From the NCBI GenBank assembly GCA_049840735.1, contig JASGJN010000022.1:352001-416000 (forward strand): a DNA stretch of 64,000 nt, in the 5' to 3' direction. Below are positions 8,503-18,783 of this stretch, one piece after another (positions within the stretch are counted from its first letter, which is position 1; every line of letters starts with the position of its first letter). Position numbers and translations under genes: made by a program. The notes below the pieces were generated by a model, which was given only the letters and a program-made list of their open reading frames with translations, ran no database searches and was not told the DNA's origin. Source of the stretch: Anaeromyxobacter sp. GTDB lineage: Bacteria; Myxococcota; Myxococcia; Myxococcales; Anaeromyxobacteraceae.

Positions 8503-11500
8503 ATGAACCGCTTGCTCCAGGCTGTCGGAGTTGTGCTGCTGCTCGTGTCTACCGCGAGTGCGGCGTCCCCGTCGAAGCCGAACACCTCGCGCCTCGAGCC
8601 GGCGGCGCTAGCGAGCCCGGGCAACGCGCGGGTGGGTGACGGGTTGCGCCTCGACTACGCCGTGAGGAACCCCACCGCGCTGGCATCCGCCCGTGGCCAG
8701 GTGACGTTCTCGCTGTCCTCGGCCACGAGCACGGCCGCCTCGCTGCAGGCCAGCGGGGCAGCAGCCCCCAGCGCTGTCGCGGCGGGAAGAAGCTACCGGC
8801 TCACCAGCGTTTCGCTGGAGGGCCTGGCGGCGGGCCAGACGGTGAGCGGTTCCGTGGTCGCCGCGGTGCCCAACATGGCCGCGGGCGAGTACAACCTCGT
8901 GGCCGTGGTGCACGAAAGCGGGCACCCCGTCACCGACGATCGGGCTCTGACCTCGACCCACGTGGTCACGGTGGCCGCCCGCACAAGCGTGCTGCCGAAC
9001 CTCTCGGTGGTAAGCGTGAGCGGCCCGACCCTGGTAGCGACCGACACGACCATCACCGGAACGGCCATCTTCGCGAACGATCCGGCCGGCTCGGTCGCGG
9101 CCGGTGACTTCGTCTCGGAGTTCCAGCTGGCGCTCGATGGCTTCCCCGAGGTGATCGCTGCGGCGGAGCAGCCTACCGTCGCGGGCCCCCTCAGCCCGGG
9201 CGCCCAGGTGCAGGTGCAGGCCGCCCTGGCCGTGCCCGCGAACGCGACACCGGGGACCTACCGGATCCTGGCCCGGGCCGACGTCACCGACACGGTGCTG
9301 GAGTCCAGGGAGGACGACAACCAAACGGCGGGCGCGGAGATCCAGGTGGTGGTCGACGCCCTGCCGCCGGAGCTCCACGTGACGGCTCCAGCGGATGGGC
9401 TGGTCCTGTCCGGCACCGAGGCGACCGTGACCGTGAGCGCCACCGACGACGCCGGGGTCCGCGCCGTCACAGCCAACGGCCTTCCGCTGCTGCCGAACCC
9501 TAGCGGAACTTGGAGTGGGGCCGTGCCACTGCTCGAGGGCCCCAACGCGCTGGTGGTGACGGCGACCGATCTCGTCGGACACGAGACCACCCAGGAGATC
9601 CACGTCCGGCGAGACACCATCGCGCCTGCGCTGGAACTCACCTCGCCGGCGGGCGGCAGCGAGGTCTACGCAACCTCAATCAGGTTGGCGGGCCGGTTGG
9701 TCGACGCTGGTCCTGTCGCTTTGCAGGTTGCGGGCGCAGCGGTTCCAGTGGCGGCCGATGGATCCTTCGGCGTCGACGTGCCCCTGGCGATGGGGGACAA
9801 CGCGTTCACGCTGGTGGCGGTCGACCAGGCGGGGAATCGGGCGTCGGCCATCGTGCATATCCAGCGGGTGACGCCGCCGCTGCGCGTGACGGTGAGCGAG
9901 CCGGCGGCAGCTTTCGTGGTGAAGTCGGCCTTGCTCTCGGTGCGTGGCGTCGTCACGGGTGCGCAGGGCACGGCTACCGTGACCGTGAACGGTACCCAGG
10001 CGCCGCTCTCCGGCGACGGGTCCTTCTCTGCGATGACCACGGTTGCTGTCGGGCAGGTCTCCGTGGAGGTGGCTGCAGCCGACGCCTCGGGGCAGACCGT
10101 TCGCGTGGTGATCCAGGGGACGCGCGTCGGGGCCGGTACCGACGGCGCTGCGGCGGGCTGGTGCGACTCGAAGCCTGGGACGGCCATGACCTATGACCCG
10201 GCCGGGAACCTGACAGGCATCTACGACACGGCCAACGACGTGTCCAACTGCGGCTGCCCGGGCCACGCCTGTGCGCCGAGCGCCGCGGGCGCTGCGGCCT
10301 GCAGCAAGGGCGTTTGCGGCGTGGTCGCCGGAGCGGGGTTCATCGGACTTTCGAACGACCCGACCAACTGCGGCACGATCGGGCACGTGTGTCCGGCGGT
10401 CGCGAATGGTGGGGCCACCTGTGAGAACGGCTCCTGCGCTGTCGAGTGCGCCACCGGCTACGCGGCCATCGGGAGCGGGTGCTTCGACATCCTGCGCGAC
10501 CCGCTCAACTGTGGCTCGGTCGGGAACGTGTGCCAGGCCACCACCATGGGCGTGCCGGTGTGCACCGATGGTCTCTGTGGGCTCGAGTGCCGGCCGGAGC
10601 ACGTCTCGGTGGGCGGGCGGTGCATCGACATCAACACCGACCCGCAGAACTGCGGGACCGTCCAGAACGTTTGCCCCGGGACGGACAACGGATCGGGCGT
10701 CTGCGTGGACGCTCGCTGCGGCCTGCAGTGCGACCCCGGGTACGTGATGAGGGGTTGGTACAGCTGCGTGGACCTTTCCACCGACCCCGAGAACTGCGGA
10801 GCGGTCTACAACCAGTGCCCCACGTCCGATCACGGCACCACGACCTGCTCGAACGGAGTCTGCAACCTTCAGTGTGAGCCGCACTACTTGCAGCAGGCCG
10901 GGGCCTGCATCGACGTCGCGGTCGATCCCGCGAACTGCGGCGGAGCCGGCGTGGCCTGCTCGGTTCCCCGCAACGCGTACCCCACCTGCACTGACGCGGT
11001 CTGCGGCTTCGCCTGCAACCCCGGGTACGTGCTCCGCGGAGGTCAGTGCGAGCCGCGCGATCCGACCTCGGATCTGGACTACTGCGGCGCGGACGCGGTC
11101 CAGTGCCCTCCGGACGAGCACGGCGTCGCCGATTGCGACAACGGCGTCTGCGGCGTGACCTGCAACGCGGGTTACGGGCTGTACGGGGGCGTCTGCGTCC
11201 CCTCGACCGACCCGGCGCACTGCGGGACGCGCACCACGGCCTGCCCGACCGTGGCGCACGCGGTCGCGCTCTGCATCAACAACACCTGCGATCTCCGCTG
11301 CGCCGACGGCTACGAGCGTTCCGGCAACACCTGCGTAGCCGTCGCGGCGGACCCGCTCAACTGCGGCTGGGTGGGCCACCGCTGCACGACGCCGGCCCAC
11401 GGAACGGCCGTGTGCGAGGCCGGCGCCTGCGGCGTGAGCTGCAATGCAGGATATCCCGAGCAGGACGGGGCCTGCGTCGACGTCCAGACTGATCAGTGGA

Positions 11501-12987
11501 ACTGCGGGGCGCTGGAGAACATCTGCCCGGGGGCGTACGAGAACTCGGCCACGTGCTCGGCGGGCGTCTGCGCGACGGTAGGCGCGCCCTCGATCACCGG
11601 GGTAGCCCGGATGCGCACGGTGTTCGCGATCAGCTACACCTCCTCCACGGGCCTGCTCGCCCTCCAGGACGATCTGACGAGCAATCCCCCCTCCTCGGTG
11701 ATCGGCGGTGACGGGACGACCGAATACCAGGTCCTCTCGGTCTCGCCGGCGGGGCTGATGCTGGCGCGCGGGCTCGATCCCGCGGTGGTGCTCACCGGCG
11801 AGGAGTGGGCCGAGGGCACCTGGTGGAAGGCGAGGCTCGTGTTCCCGCCGTCGGCCAGCGACACGATCGACCTCACCCGCAATGACGGCCTCGTCGTGCG
11901 CGGAACGGGCCTGCGCGCCGATGGGCAGCTCGGGCTGATGACGACCGCAGGAGACGTCCCCGGCGACCTGTCCTCGGCCATCTACTCGGCCGACAAGGCC
12001 GTGGTGCCCGAGATCCGCGACATCACCGAGCGCTTCGCCTTCGTGGCCTTCCGATCGGTTCGCGGGGACGCTGCCACCTGGAATCCGGTCAGGTGGAGTG
12101 ACGCACCGCGGATCACGAGCATCCGGGCCGAGGGCGACTACGACTGCGGAGCGGATACCTGGGCGTGTCCTTCCTACGTGGCCTACGGACGGCAACTAGC
12201 GGTCGAGGGCTACTGGCTCGACAACGTCAACCTGGTGTCGTTCGAGCATGTGGTGTCCGGGGACAACGCGGAGGAACTGGTGCCTGCCCGCGGCTCCGGG
12301 AGCGCGTCTCCTGACTGGTATCAGGTGACCGACGCCAATCACCTCACGCTCTGGCTGGATGTGGACGGCGGCCCGGTGGCGCGCGGCCTGTTGCTGAGGA
12401 GCACCTACAACGGGTCCTACACCACGTATCTGCAGGAGCCGTATCCGGGGCTTCGGTATCTGTCGTTCATCCAGTCCGATGAGAACGGCCTTCAGGGCTT
12501 CTCCGTGGCACTGACTGCGGTGCCCCCGTCCACTAAGGCGATCAGCTACGGTCGCGTGCTCACCAACCGGGGCTATCGCAGCGATTGGGACTCGTTCGAG
12601 GTGGGCACCGTCAGCCCTCTGGACGACGACCGCCTGCTCTTCCGCGCAAACGCCTTCACGGCTGGAGACGTGGACTCCATCCGCTTCGTCTCCCACTGGG
12701 GTGGCACGCCATGCCCGGCCGCGGTGAAGAGCTTCGGGGGCTCGCCCATCGTCGTGCGCTTCGAGCCGATGGACTACTTCCCGTCCGCGTACTGCCGCAT
12801 GGTCGTCCGGCTAAAGGATGGCTCGGAGATCTACAGCCCGTTCACCTTCTGGTTCGCCAGCAAGCACGCACCGCTGCCCCCGACGCCCGATCCGGGTGAT
12901 CCCGGGCCGGACCCTGACCCGCAGCCGTTCCCGATGCCCCAGCCTCGCACGCCGGGCCAGGGCTCGACCAACACGGTGATCCCGTGA
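8503..12987 (+). CDS. Large secreted surface protein: CARDB/Ig-like domains, Cys-rich D(P)xNCG repeats, Pro-rich tail
   Basis: GGAGG RBS; signal peptide MNRLLQAVGVVLLLVSTASA; CARDB-like PNLSVVSVS...VLESREDDN; Ig-like D..PP.L.VT.P..G repeats; about nine DPxNCG-type repeats; C-terminal PTPDPGDPGPDPDP. Confidence 0.85.
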   Translation: MNRLLQAVGVVLLLVSTASAASPSKPNTSRLEPAALASPGNARVGDGLRLDYAVRNPTALASARGQVTFSLSSATSTAASLQASGAAAPSAVAAGRSYRLTSVSLEGLAAGQTVSGSVVAAVPNMAAGEYNLVAVVHESGHPVTDDRALTSTHVVTVAARTSVLPNLSVVSVSGPTLVATDTTITGTAIFANDPAGSVAAGDFVSEFQLALDGFPEVIAAAEQPTVAGPLSPGAQVQVQAALAVPANATPGTYRILARADVTDTVLESREDDNQTAGAEIQVVVDALPPELHVTAPADGLVLSGTEATVTVSATDDAGVRAVTANGLPLLPNPSGTWSGAVPLLEGPNALVVTATDLVGHETTQEIHVRRDTIAPALELTSPAGGSEVYATSIRLAGRLVDAGPVALQVAGAAVPVAADGSFGVDVPLAMGDNAFTLVAVDQAGNRASAIVHIQRVTPPLRVTVSEPAAAFVVKSALLSVRGVVTGAQGTATVTVNGTQAPLSGDGSFSAMTTVAVGQVSVEVAAADASGQTVRVVIQGTRVGAGTDGAAAGWCDSKPGTAMTYDPAGNLTGIYDTANDVSNCGCPGHACAPSAAGAAACSKGVCGVVAGAGFIGLSNDPTNCGTIGHVCPAVANGGATCENGSCAVECATGYAAIGSGCFDILRDPLNCGSVGNVCQATTMGVPVCTDGLCGLECRPEHVSVGGRCIDINTDPQNCGTVQNVCPGTDNGSGVCVDARCGLQCDPGYVMRGWYSCVDLSTDPENCGAVYNQCPTSDHGTTTCSNGVCNLQCEPHYLQQAGACIDVAVDPANCGGAGVACSVPRNAYPTCTDAVCGFACNPGYVLRGGQCEPRDPTSDLDYCGADAVQCPPDEHGVADCDNGVCGVTCNAGYGLYGGVCVPSTDPAHCGTRTTACPTVAHAVALCINNTCDLRCADGYERSGNTCVAVAADPLNCGWVGHRCTTPAHGTAVCEAGACGVSCNAGYPEQDGACVDVQTDQWNCGALENICPGAYENSATCSAGVCATVGAPSITGVARMRTVFAISYTSSTGLLALQDDLTSNPPSSVIGGDGTTEYQVLSVSPAGLMLARGLDPAVVLTGEEWAEGTWWKARLVFPPSASDTIDLTRNDGLVVRGTGLRADGQLGLMTTAGDVPGDLSSAIYSADKAVVPEIRDITERFAFVAFRSVRGDAATWNPVRWSDAPRITSIRAEGDYDCGADTWACPSYVAYGRQLAVEGYWLDNVNLVSFEHVVSGDNAEELVPARGSGSASPDWYQVTDANHLTLWLDVDGGPVARGLLLRSTYNGSYTTYLQEPYPGLRYLSFIQSDENGLQGFSVALTAVPPSTKAISYGRVLTNRGYRSDWDSFEVGTVSPLDDDRLLFRANAFTAGDVDSIRFVSHWGGTPCPAAVKSFGGSPIVVRFEPMDYFPSAYCRMVVRLKDGSEIYSPFTFWFASKHAPLPPTPDPGDPGPDPDPQPFPMPQPRTPGQGSTNTVIP

Positions 12988-13046
12988 AGCGCCCAGCGGC
13001 TGTGTCCCGTCCTTCGCGTCCTGAACACCGAGGCCTCGAGGCTCTC

Positions 13047-16000
13047 ATGAGAATCAAGTCTTTCTGCGGATTCGCCCTCCTCGCCCTCCTCGCGCTGCCG
13101 CTCGGCGCCTGGGCGCAGCAGACGTCCCAGCCCCGCGGTGACGTGGCCGACGCGTTCTTCCGCTTCACCGGCACCGAGAACAAGCCCTTCGCCTCGGAGC
13201 TGCCTGGCGAGACGGTCGATCCGTTCACCGGGACGCTGCACATCGTGCAGACGGATGTGGTGCTGCCGGGGCACGGCGGGCTCGACTTCCGCATCATCCG
13301 CTCGTACAGCAGCAAGATCTGGGGCAGAGCCGACCTGCTCGACTCAGAGCCCCTGCTGGCCGAGAAGGAAGCGTCGATTCTCGGGTACGGCTGGAGCCTG
13401 CACTTCGGGCGCCTTCGTAACCCCTGGGCGACCGGGAAGAGCGACATCTGTGGCGGCGACTTCCCTGTCTTCGAGGAGCCGGACGGTACCTCGCACGTCT
13501 TCTACCCGCACCGGACCCTCGGGAACGTGTTCGTCTCCAAGGACTACTGGCGGATGGAGCGGAACTGCGCAGCGGCCGGCGCTGGCGGGACCTGCGTCTG
13601 GTCCAGCAGCGGTCTCCGCTATGACTTCCTACCGTCCAGCACGGTGGATGGGGTGGCTCGACTCAACACGTTCCAGGTGGGCGGTACCGCGGTGCTTCCG
13701 GCGGTGCGCGTCGTGGACCCGTTCGGCAATCAAATCACGTACACCTATATCGCTTCGACCGGTGCTCCCGAGTCAGTTAAGGATACGTACGAAAGAATCG
13801 TCGAATTCCGCTATAGCGTGATCAATGCCGAGCGCCGGCTCCAGAGCATCCTGCTCAACGGCAAGGCCTTCACCTACGGGTACGAGACGCTCAGACCCGA
13901 GGACGTGGCTGGCCACACTGGCCGATTTCCGCTGCCCGGACCCAGGCGCTTCCTCACGCAGGTCACTCCGCCCGCCGGCCCCTCGTCCTACTACAGCTAC
14001 TGGCTCGATACCCCCGTCGGTGAGAACCAGTATGCGCTGCGGACGATCACCTATCCTGCCGGCGGATCCACGACCTACAACTACGGCGCGGTCGCGTTCT
14101 TCACCGGACTCGAGACCGTCTCATTTGCGACGGTGACCAGCCGCGTCACCGGCGGTCGGGGAATCGCCGCAGGAGAGTGGACGTACGAATACCGATCGCC
14201 CGGCTACAAGACGTACGATTCGACTGATCCCGAGGACGGAAGCAAGTCTGACCTTCACGTCACGACGATCACGCGTCCGGACGGTCTCCACGATACGTAT
14301 ACGCTGTACGGATTCGGGTGGGCTGCCGATCAGGATCGTTTCGGCTACACCTACGCCGTGGGGTTGACGCGCTCGATAGCAAGAGCGGACCGGGCCGAGG
14401 TCGAGTACTTCGACTGGGACCTGCGCATCGAGCAACCGGTCTCCGACGCGACGTTCAGCGCTCCGGTCTACTCCACCAGCTGCGGAGCCCACTTCGTGGC
14501 GGACGGCGGCGTGTACGCGCCACAGGTCGCGCACCACTGGTTGATGCGCGACGAGGATCAAGGAACTGGCCAAGCCGCCTGGTTTCAGACGGACTACAGC
14601 AATTTCGACGCTTACGGCCAGGCATTGTCGATGGTGGAGACCGGTTACAGCGGCAGCCTTGGAGACATCCCGCCGGTCCCGGCCGTGAGGACGACCGAGC
14701 TCTCCTACTTCTCGGCTCCCGAGGAAGGCGGCCAGACGCTCAACATGGTCCGGGGGAAACTCCTGACGCAGTCGATCTGCGTGAGCGGCGACTGCTTCCA
14801 GGATGCTTGGAGCTACGACGAGCCCGGCCACCCTGTGCACCTGGAGGTGAAGAGCGGCGTCGCCACCCGGTTCGACCACTACCTCGACGGCGATTCTCAA
14901 GAGCGTGACCAACGCCGCGAACAAGCAGGTCACGCTGTCCGACTATGAGTTCGGTCTGCCCAAGACTGCTTCGGTTCGGGGCGGTCCGACCACCAGCAGG
15001 TCGGTCACCTGGGAAGGTTGGGTCAACAGCCGCACGACTGGCCGGAACTTCACGACCACGATCGATCTTGACGACGTCGGGCGGCCGCTCCTTGTGACGC
15101 CACCCGGTGCGAGCGAGCCGACCCGATACACCTACGCCGCAGATGGCTCGACGCTGACAGAGACCCGGGGCGCCTACAGCAAGGTGGCTTCTCTTGACGG
15201 GCTGGGCCGAGCCGTGGCGACGCTCGACTCGCTGGGCGTGAAGTCCAGCGTCACCTTCGACGCGATGGGAAGAACGACGTTCAAGTCCTACCCTTACGAC
15301 GACACCCGCGGCGAAGTCGGCGAGCTGAGCGAGCTTGACGGCCTCGGGCGCGTTATCACCGCGACCCAAGGTTACCGACCCAGCCGGGGAGCGTGCGATA
15401 GGCCCGGGGCTTGTCAGACGCGAATTGCCTATAAGTACAACTGCACGGAGAGTTGGGTGGAGCGCGGCCCCAAGGACGTCACCGAAACGGGCGCGTGCTT
15501 CGTCTCCTACGGTAGCCCGGACGAACAGCGGCTCGCGCAGGTGGCCGCGCGCACGGCCCCGGGCGGAGGCTGGGCCTACTGGCAGTATGCATATACCGCC
15601 GCAGGCCAGCTCAAGGGCGTGACGGCGCCGCTCGACCAGGCCGACGCCCAGCAGAACTTCGACGAGCACCAGTTCCTGCGGCGCGCTGTGAGCCATGAAA
15701 GCGGCGAGACCGTCTTCACCCCGAACGCCATCGGGCAGCCGACGTCGCGCGTGGACGCCCGCTCGGTCGCAACGCAGTATGGCTACGAGGATCCGCTCAG
15801 CCGCCTCCGCACGATCACGTACCCGGGTGACCCGGCCAACGACGTCCGACTGGACTACGACGAGGACAGCAACCTGAGCACGAGCGCCAGCGCGAATGGG
15901 GGTTCGTACAGCTACGGCTACGACGAGCGGGATCGCCTCACATCCCAGACCTGGACCATCGCCGGGCACGCCTACATCACCACGTACCACTACGATCCAA

Positions 16001-17572
16001 CGGGCTGTCTGGACTCCGTCACCTACCCCACCGGAACCACCTTGACCCAGACCTGCGACGCCGCGAACCGGGTCGCGAGCCTCACGGCCAATGGGCAGCC
16101 GATCGTGGGCCAGGTCACCTACCATCCGACCGGGCAACCTGCGACCTTCACTTATGGAAACGGCGTCGGAGACCGAGGTGGTCATCGACGATCGGGGCCG
16201 GGTCTCGTCCATCACCGCGGGCGACGTGATGGCGTTGACCTACGGCTACGACGGAGCCGGGAACGTGACGTCGCTGGACGACCGCGCCGTGGGAGGCAGC
16301 GCACGCTTCATGGTGTACGACCCCGCCGACCGTCTTCAGAGCGTATCCGCGCCCGGGCTGTGGGGCTTGGCCTTGTACGCCTACGATGAGCTCGGCAATC
16401 GGACGCTCAAGCACGTTGGCGACGACGTGACCTACAGCTACGACGCGAACAACCGGCTCAGGTCCTCGACCGAGGCGCCGAGCCGTGGGACCATGACGCT
16501 GACCTGGGATGGCGAAGGCCGGCTGGCGACGTCGTCGGACGGAGCCCTCTACCGGTACAACGGTCAAGGTCTCCGCGTGCTCAAGCGTGACGGCTCAGGC
16601 GTCACGGTGTACCACCACGATGGCGCCGGCCGCGTGATCGCCGAGACCCGCCCTGACGGCACGCTCCTCCGGGAGTATTTCTTCTTCGCGGGCCAGCTGG
16701 TCGCGGTCCACGGCTGCGTCGCGGGTAGCGCTAGCTGCAGTGCGCTGGAGTGGTATCACACTGACACGCTCGGCAGCGCCACGGCCCGGACCGATGCCAG
16801 CGGCAACGTCACGTCCCGCGTGCAGTACGATCCATGGGGCGGCGAATGGTCCGAGCAGGGCGAGATGGGCGCTCGGCGGTTCAACGGGCGGGTCCACGAC
16901 CCAGGGACCGGCTTCCATGATTACGGTGCGCGGTTGTATTGGCCGGAGATGGGACGATTCGCCAGTGCGGACACCGTTCTCGGAAAGTCGGAGAGCGTGG
17001 CCTCCCTGAACAGGTACAGCTACGCTTGGAACAACCCATACAAGTTCATCGACCCAAGCGGGCACAGTGTGTTTGTGGTAGGCGACCCTGAGGCCTACGA
17101 GACCGCTACGGCATACCTACGCCAGGACCCAGCAATGCGCGAGGCCATTGACCAACTTCAATCGCCGGATACGCCGCTGGTGACCGTTGTCGTCTGCGAT
17201 ACGTGCAAAGACTCCTACAAACCAAGTGCCAGGGAAATCAGGTGGAACCCGAAACTTGCACACACGGGGTTCGCGGATGGATCCGGGCCGCGGACAGAAT
17301 CGGGCGAGCCGGGGGTCCAAAGTCCCGCGATGGCGCTTGGACATGAACTGGCACATGCTGCTGGACACGGTGCCGGTGGCCCCGCAGGGGAGGAGATAGT
17401 CGACTACCCTGCAGGCGCATACGTTAACATGGAGGAGATGCGCGTGATCACCGGTCCGGAGGCCAGTGCCGCGCGGACCCTTGGCGAAGATGCTCGAATG
17501 GATCATCGCGGCAAATCGGTGCACGTATCTGGCCCCCTGGATCGGACGGTTCCTGATGAACACGCGAGATAA
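13047..17572 (+). CDS. Signal-peptide RHS/YD-repeat polymorphic toxin with C-terminal HExxH metallopeptidase-like tip; two apparent frameshifts (~14895, ~16168)
   Basis: Signal peptide MRIKSFCGFALLALLALPLGAWA; ETVDPFTGTL...DVVLPG..GL...RSYSS...GYGW (DUF6531-like); YD repeats across three successive frames; core WYHTDTLGS...YDPWG...NNPYKFIDPSG; tip SPAMALGHELAHA...EEMRVITGPE. Confidence 0.85.
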
Positions 17573-18041
17573 GCCAGGAGGTTGGGTCGCCCTTGGGGTA
17601 GTCCTTGTCGCGTTGGGCTGTCCTGGCCGTCCCTTGGCGGAACCGGTCAGCCCAGCGGTGAAGGCCTTTGCCGCGGCACGGTTTCAACCGCTGAGGCGGC
17701 TTGCGGATCTCCCGCAAGACGTGAGGGTGGCTGTAGACGCCGCGCTGCAGCACGAGCCGCTGGCCGATGCTGGAGAGGACTGGAACCCGACCTGTCTCGT
17801 CAACGAGGACTTGCCTGGCCAGCATCTTCTCTTTGCTGGCGGCTCGAAGGACCTCTGGTTCATCTACATCGAGATCGGCGGATACGGGTTGGGCTACCAC
17901 GTGTACACGTTCCGCCGCGCCAAGGGACGTGTGATCCTCGAGGGCGACTGGAGCGTGTCAGCCGATCCCGTCGCGTCCATAGACGCTCTGCAGACAGCGG
18001 TCCTATCTGAGGCGCAGGCTGCAGAGTTCCGGGACAGATGA
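17556..18041 (+). CDS. Putative immunity protein (exported/lipoprotein) for the RHS toxin
   Basis: ATG overlaps the toxin 3' end; hydrophobic WVALGVVLVALGC lipobox-like segment. Confidence 0.6.
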   Translation: MNTRDKPGGWVALGVVLVALGCPGRPLAEPVSPAVKAFAAARFQPLRRLADLPQDVRVAVDAALQHEPLADAGEDWNPTCLVNEDLPGQHLLFAGGSKDLWFIYIEIGGYGLGYHVYTFRRAKGRVILEGDWSVSADPVASIDALQTAVLSEAQAAEFRDR

Positions 18042-18492
18042 TCCCCGTCCAAAGGGCGCGCTTGAGCGCTTGTACAACCGACCCCGGGCCGGCTTGCGTG
18101 AATCCTTGGCCCGCACCGCACAGCGCTGGACCATCGGAACATCGGGCGTGCTCGTTATGCGTTGAGCACGCCAGCGCCTAGTGGATTCCCTGGCCAGGGG
18201 AGTTGGTCCACGTCGCCTCGTATTCCGCAAGCGGCTGCCGATCTCTATCGGCGGGCGACCAGTTCAGCGGGTTGCTAGAACCGCATCGTGGGTCGCGGTC
18301 GTACATGGTCGACAGTCGACCTCCTGGAGTCATGGGCCTGGGTTCCGTCCCGGCCAGGCCCGCCGGCCAGGCGTTCGCTCGACGCCGTAGAAGCGAGCTT
18401 GCCTGACAGCGCGCCCGGCCCGAAACTCAGGATTCTGAGGGTCGCCTGAAAACCGAAGGTCCCTCAGCCGCTTGCTGCGACCCCGCGGGCCC

Positions 18493-18556
18493 GGGCAAGG
18501 TATTCACTTGCCCGCAGAAAGACGAAGGACCTCCAGGTTTCCCCGAAAGCCCCGTC
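18493..18556 (-). promoter_or_regulatory. Inverted GGGCAAG/CTTGCCC site and hairpin 3' of tRNA-Gly (module A end)
   Basis: GGGCAAG at 18493-18499 and CTTGCCC at 18507-18513; hairpin GACGGGGCTTTCGGG-GAAA-CCTGGAGGTCCTTCGTC; homologous to 2539-2602. Confidence 0.6.
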
Positions 18557-18570
18557 GCTACATCGGAATT

Positions 18571-18646
18571 TGGAGCGGGAAACCGGGTTCGAACCGGCGA
18601 CCCTCAGCTTGGGAAGCTGATGCTCTACCAACTGAGCTATTCCCGC
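18571..18646 (-). tRNA. tRNA-Gly (anticodon CCC)
   Basis: Reverse complement GCGGGAATAGCTCAGTTGGTAGAGCATCAGCTTCCCAAGCTGAGGGTCGCCGGTTCGAACCCGGTTTCCCGCTCCA: 76 nt, full cloverleaf, TTCGAA T-loop, encoded CCA. Confidence 0.98.
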
Positions 18647-18783
18647 GTCGCGATGACCGTTTTGCCGTGAAGGGCCCCTGGAGTCAAGGAGTTCGCGGCG
18701 CCTCGGCCCGGGCGGGCGAGGGGGTGTGGGATGGCCCTGCGCGGGGGCGCGGGGGGCGCTAGGCTCACGCCGGGAGGTCGTGC

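Larger units (their letters stand above)
7946..18615. mobile_element. Module A: ~10.7 kb tRNA-Gly-anchored islet carrying an RHS toxin locus, no integrase seen
   Basis: Lies between the intact tRNA and the 45-bp repeat at 7901 (10670 bp apart); CTTGCCC sites at both ends. Confidence 0.75.

Noticed and set aside
10230..11580. Cys-rich repeats as multiheme cytochrome or DNA tandem repeat
   Set aside because: They are DPxNCG-type protein repeats without regular CxxCH motifs and are degenerate at DNA level.
2617..18615. CRISPR array from the three identical 45-mers
   Set aside because: Spacing is kilobases, the repeat is tRNA-derived and no cas genes are seen.
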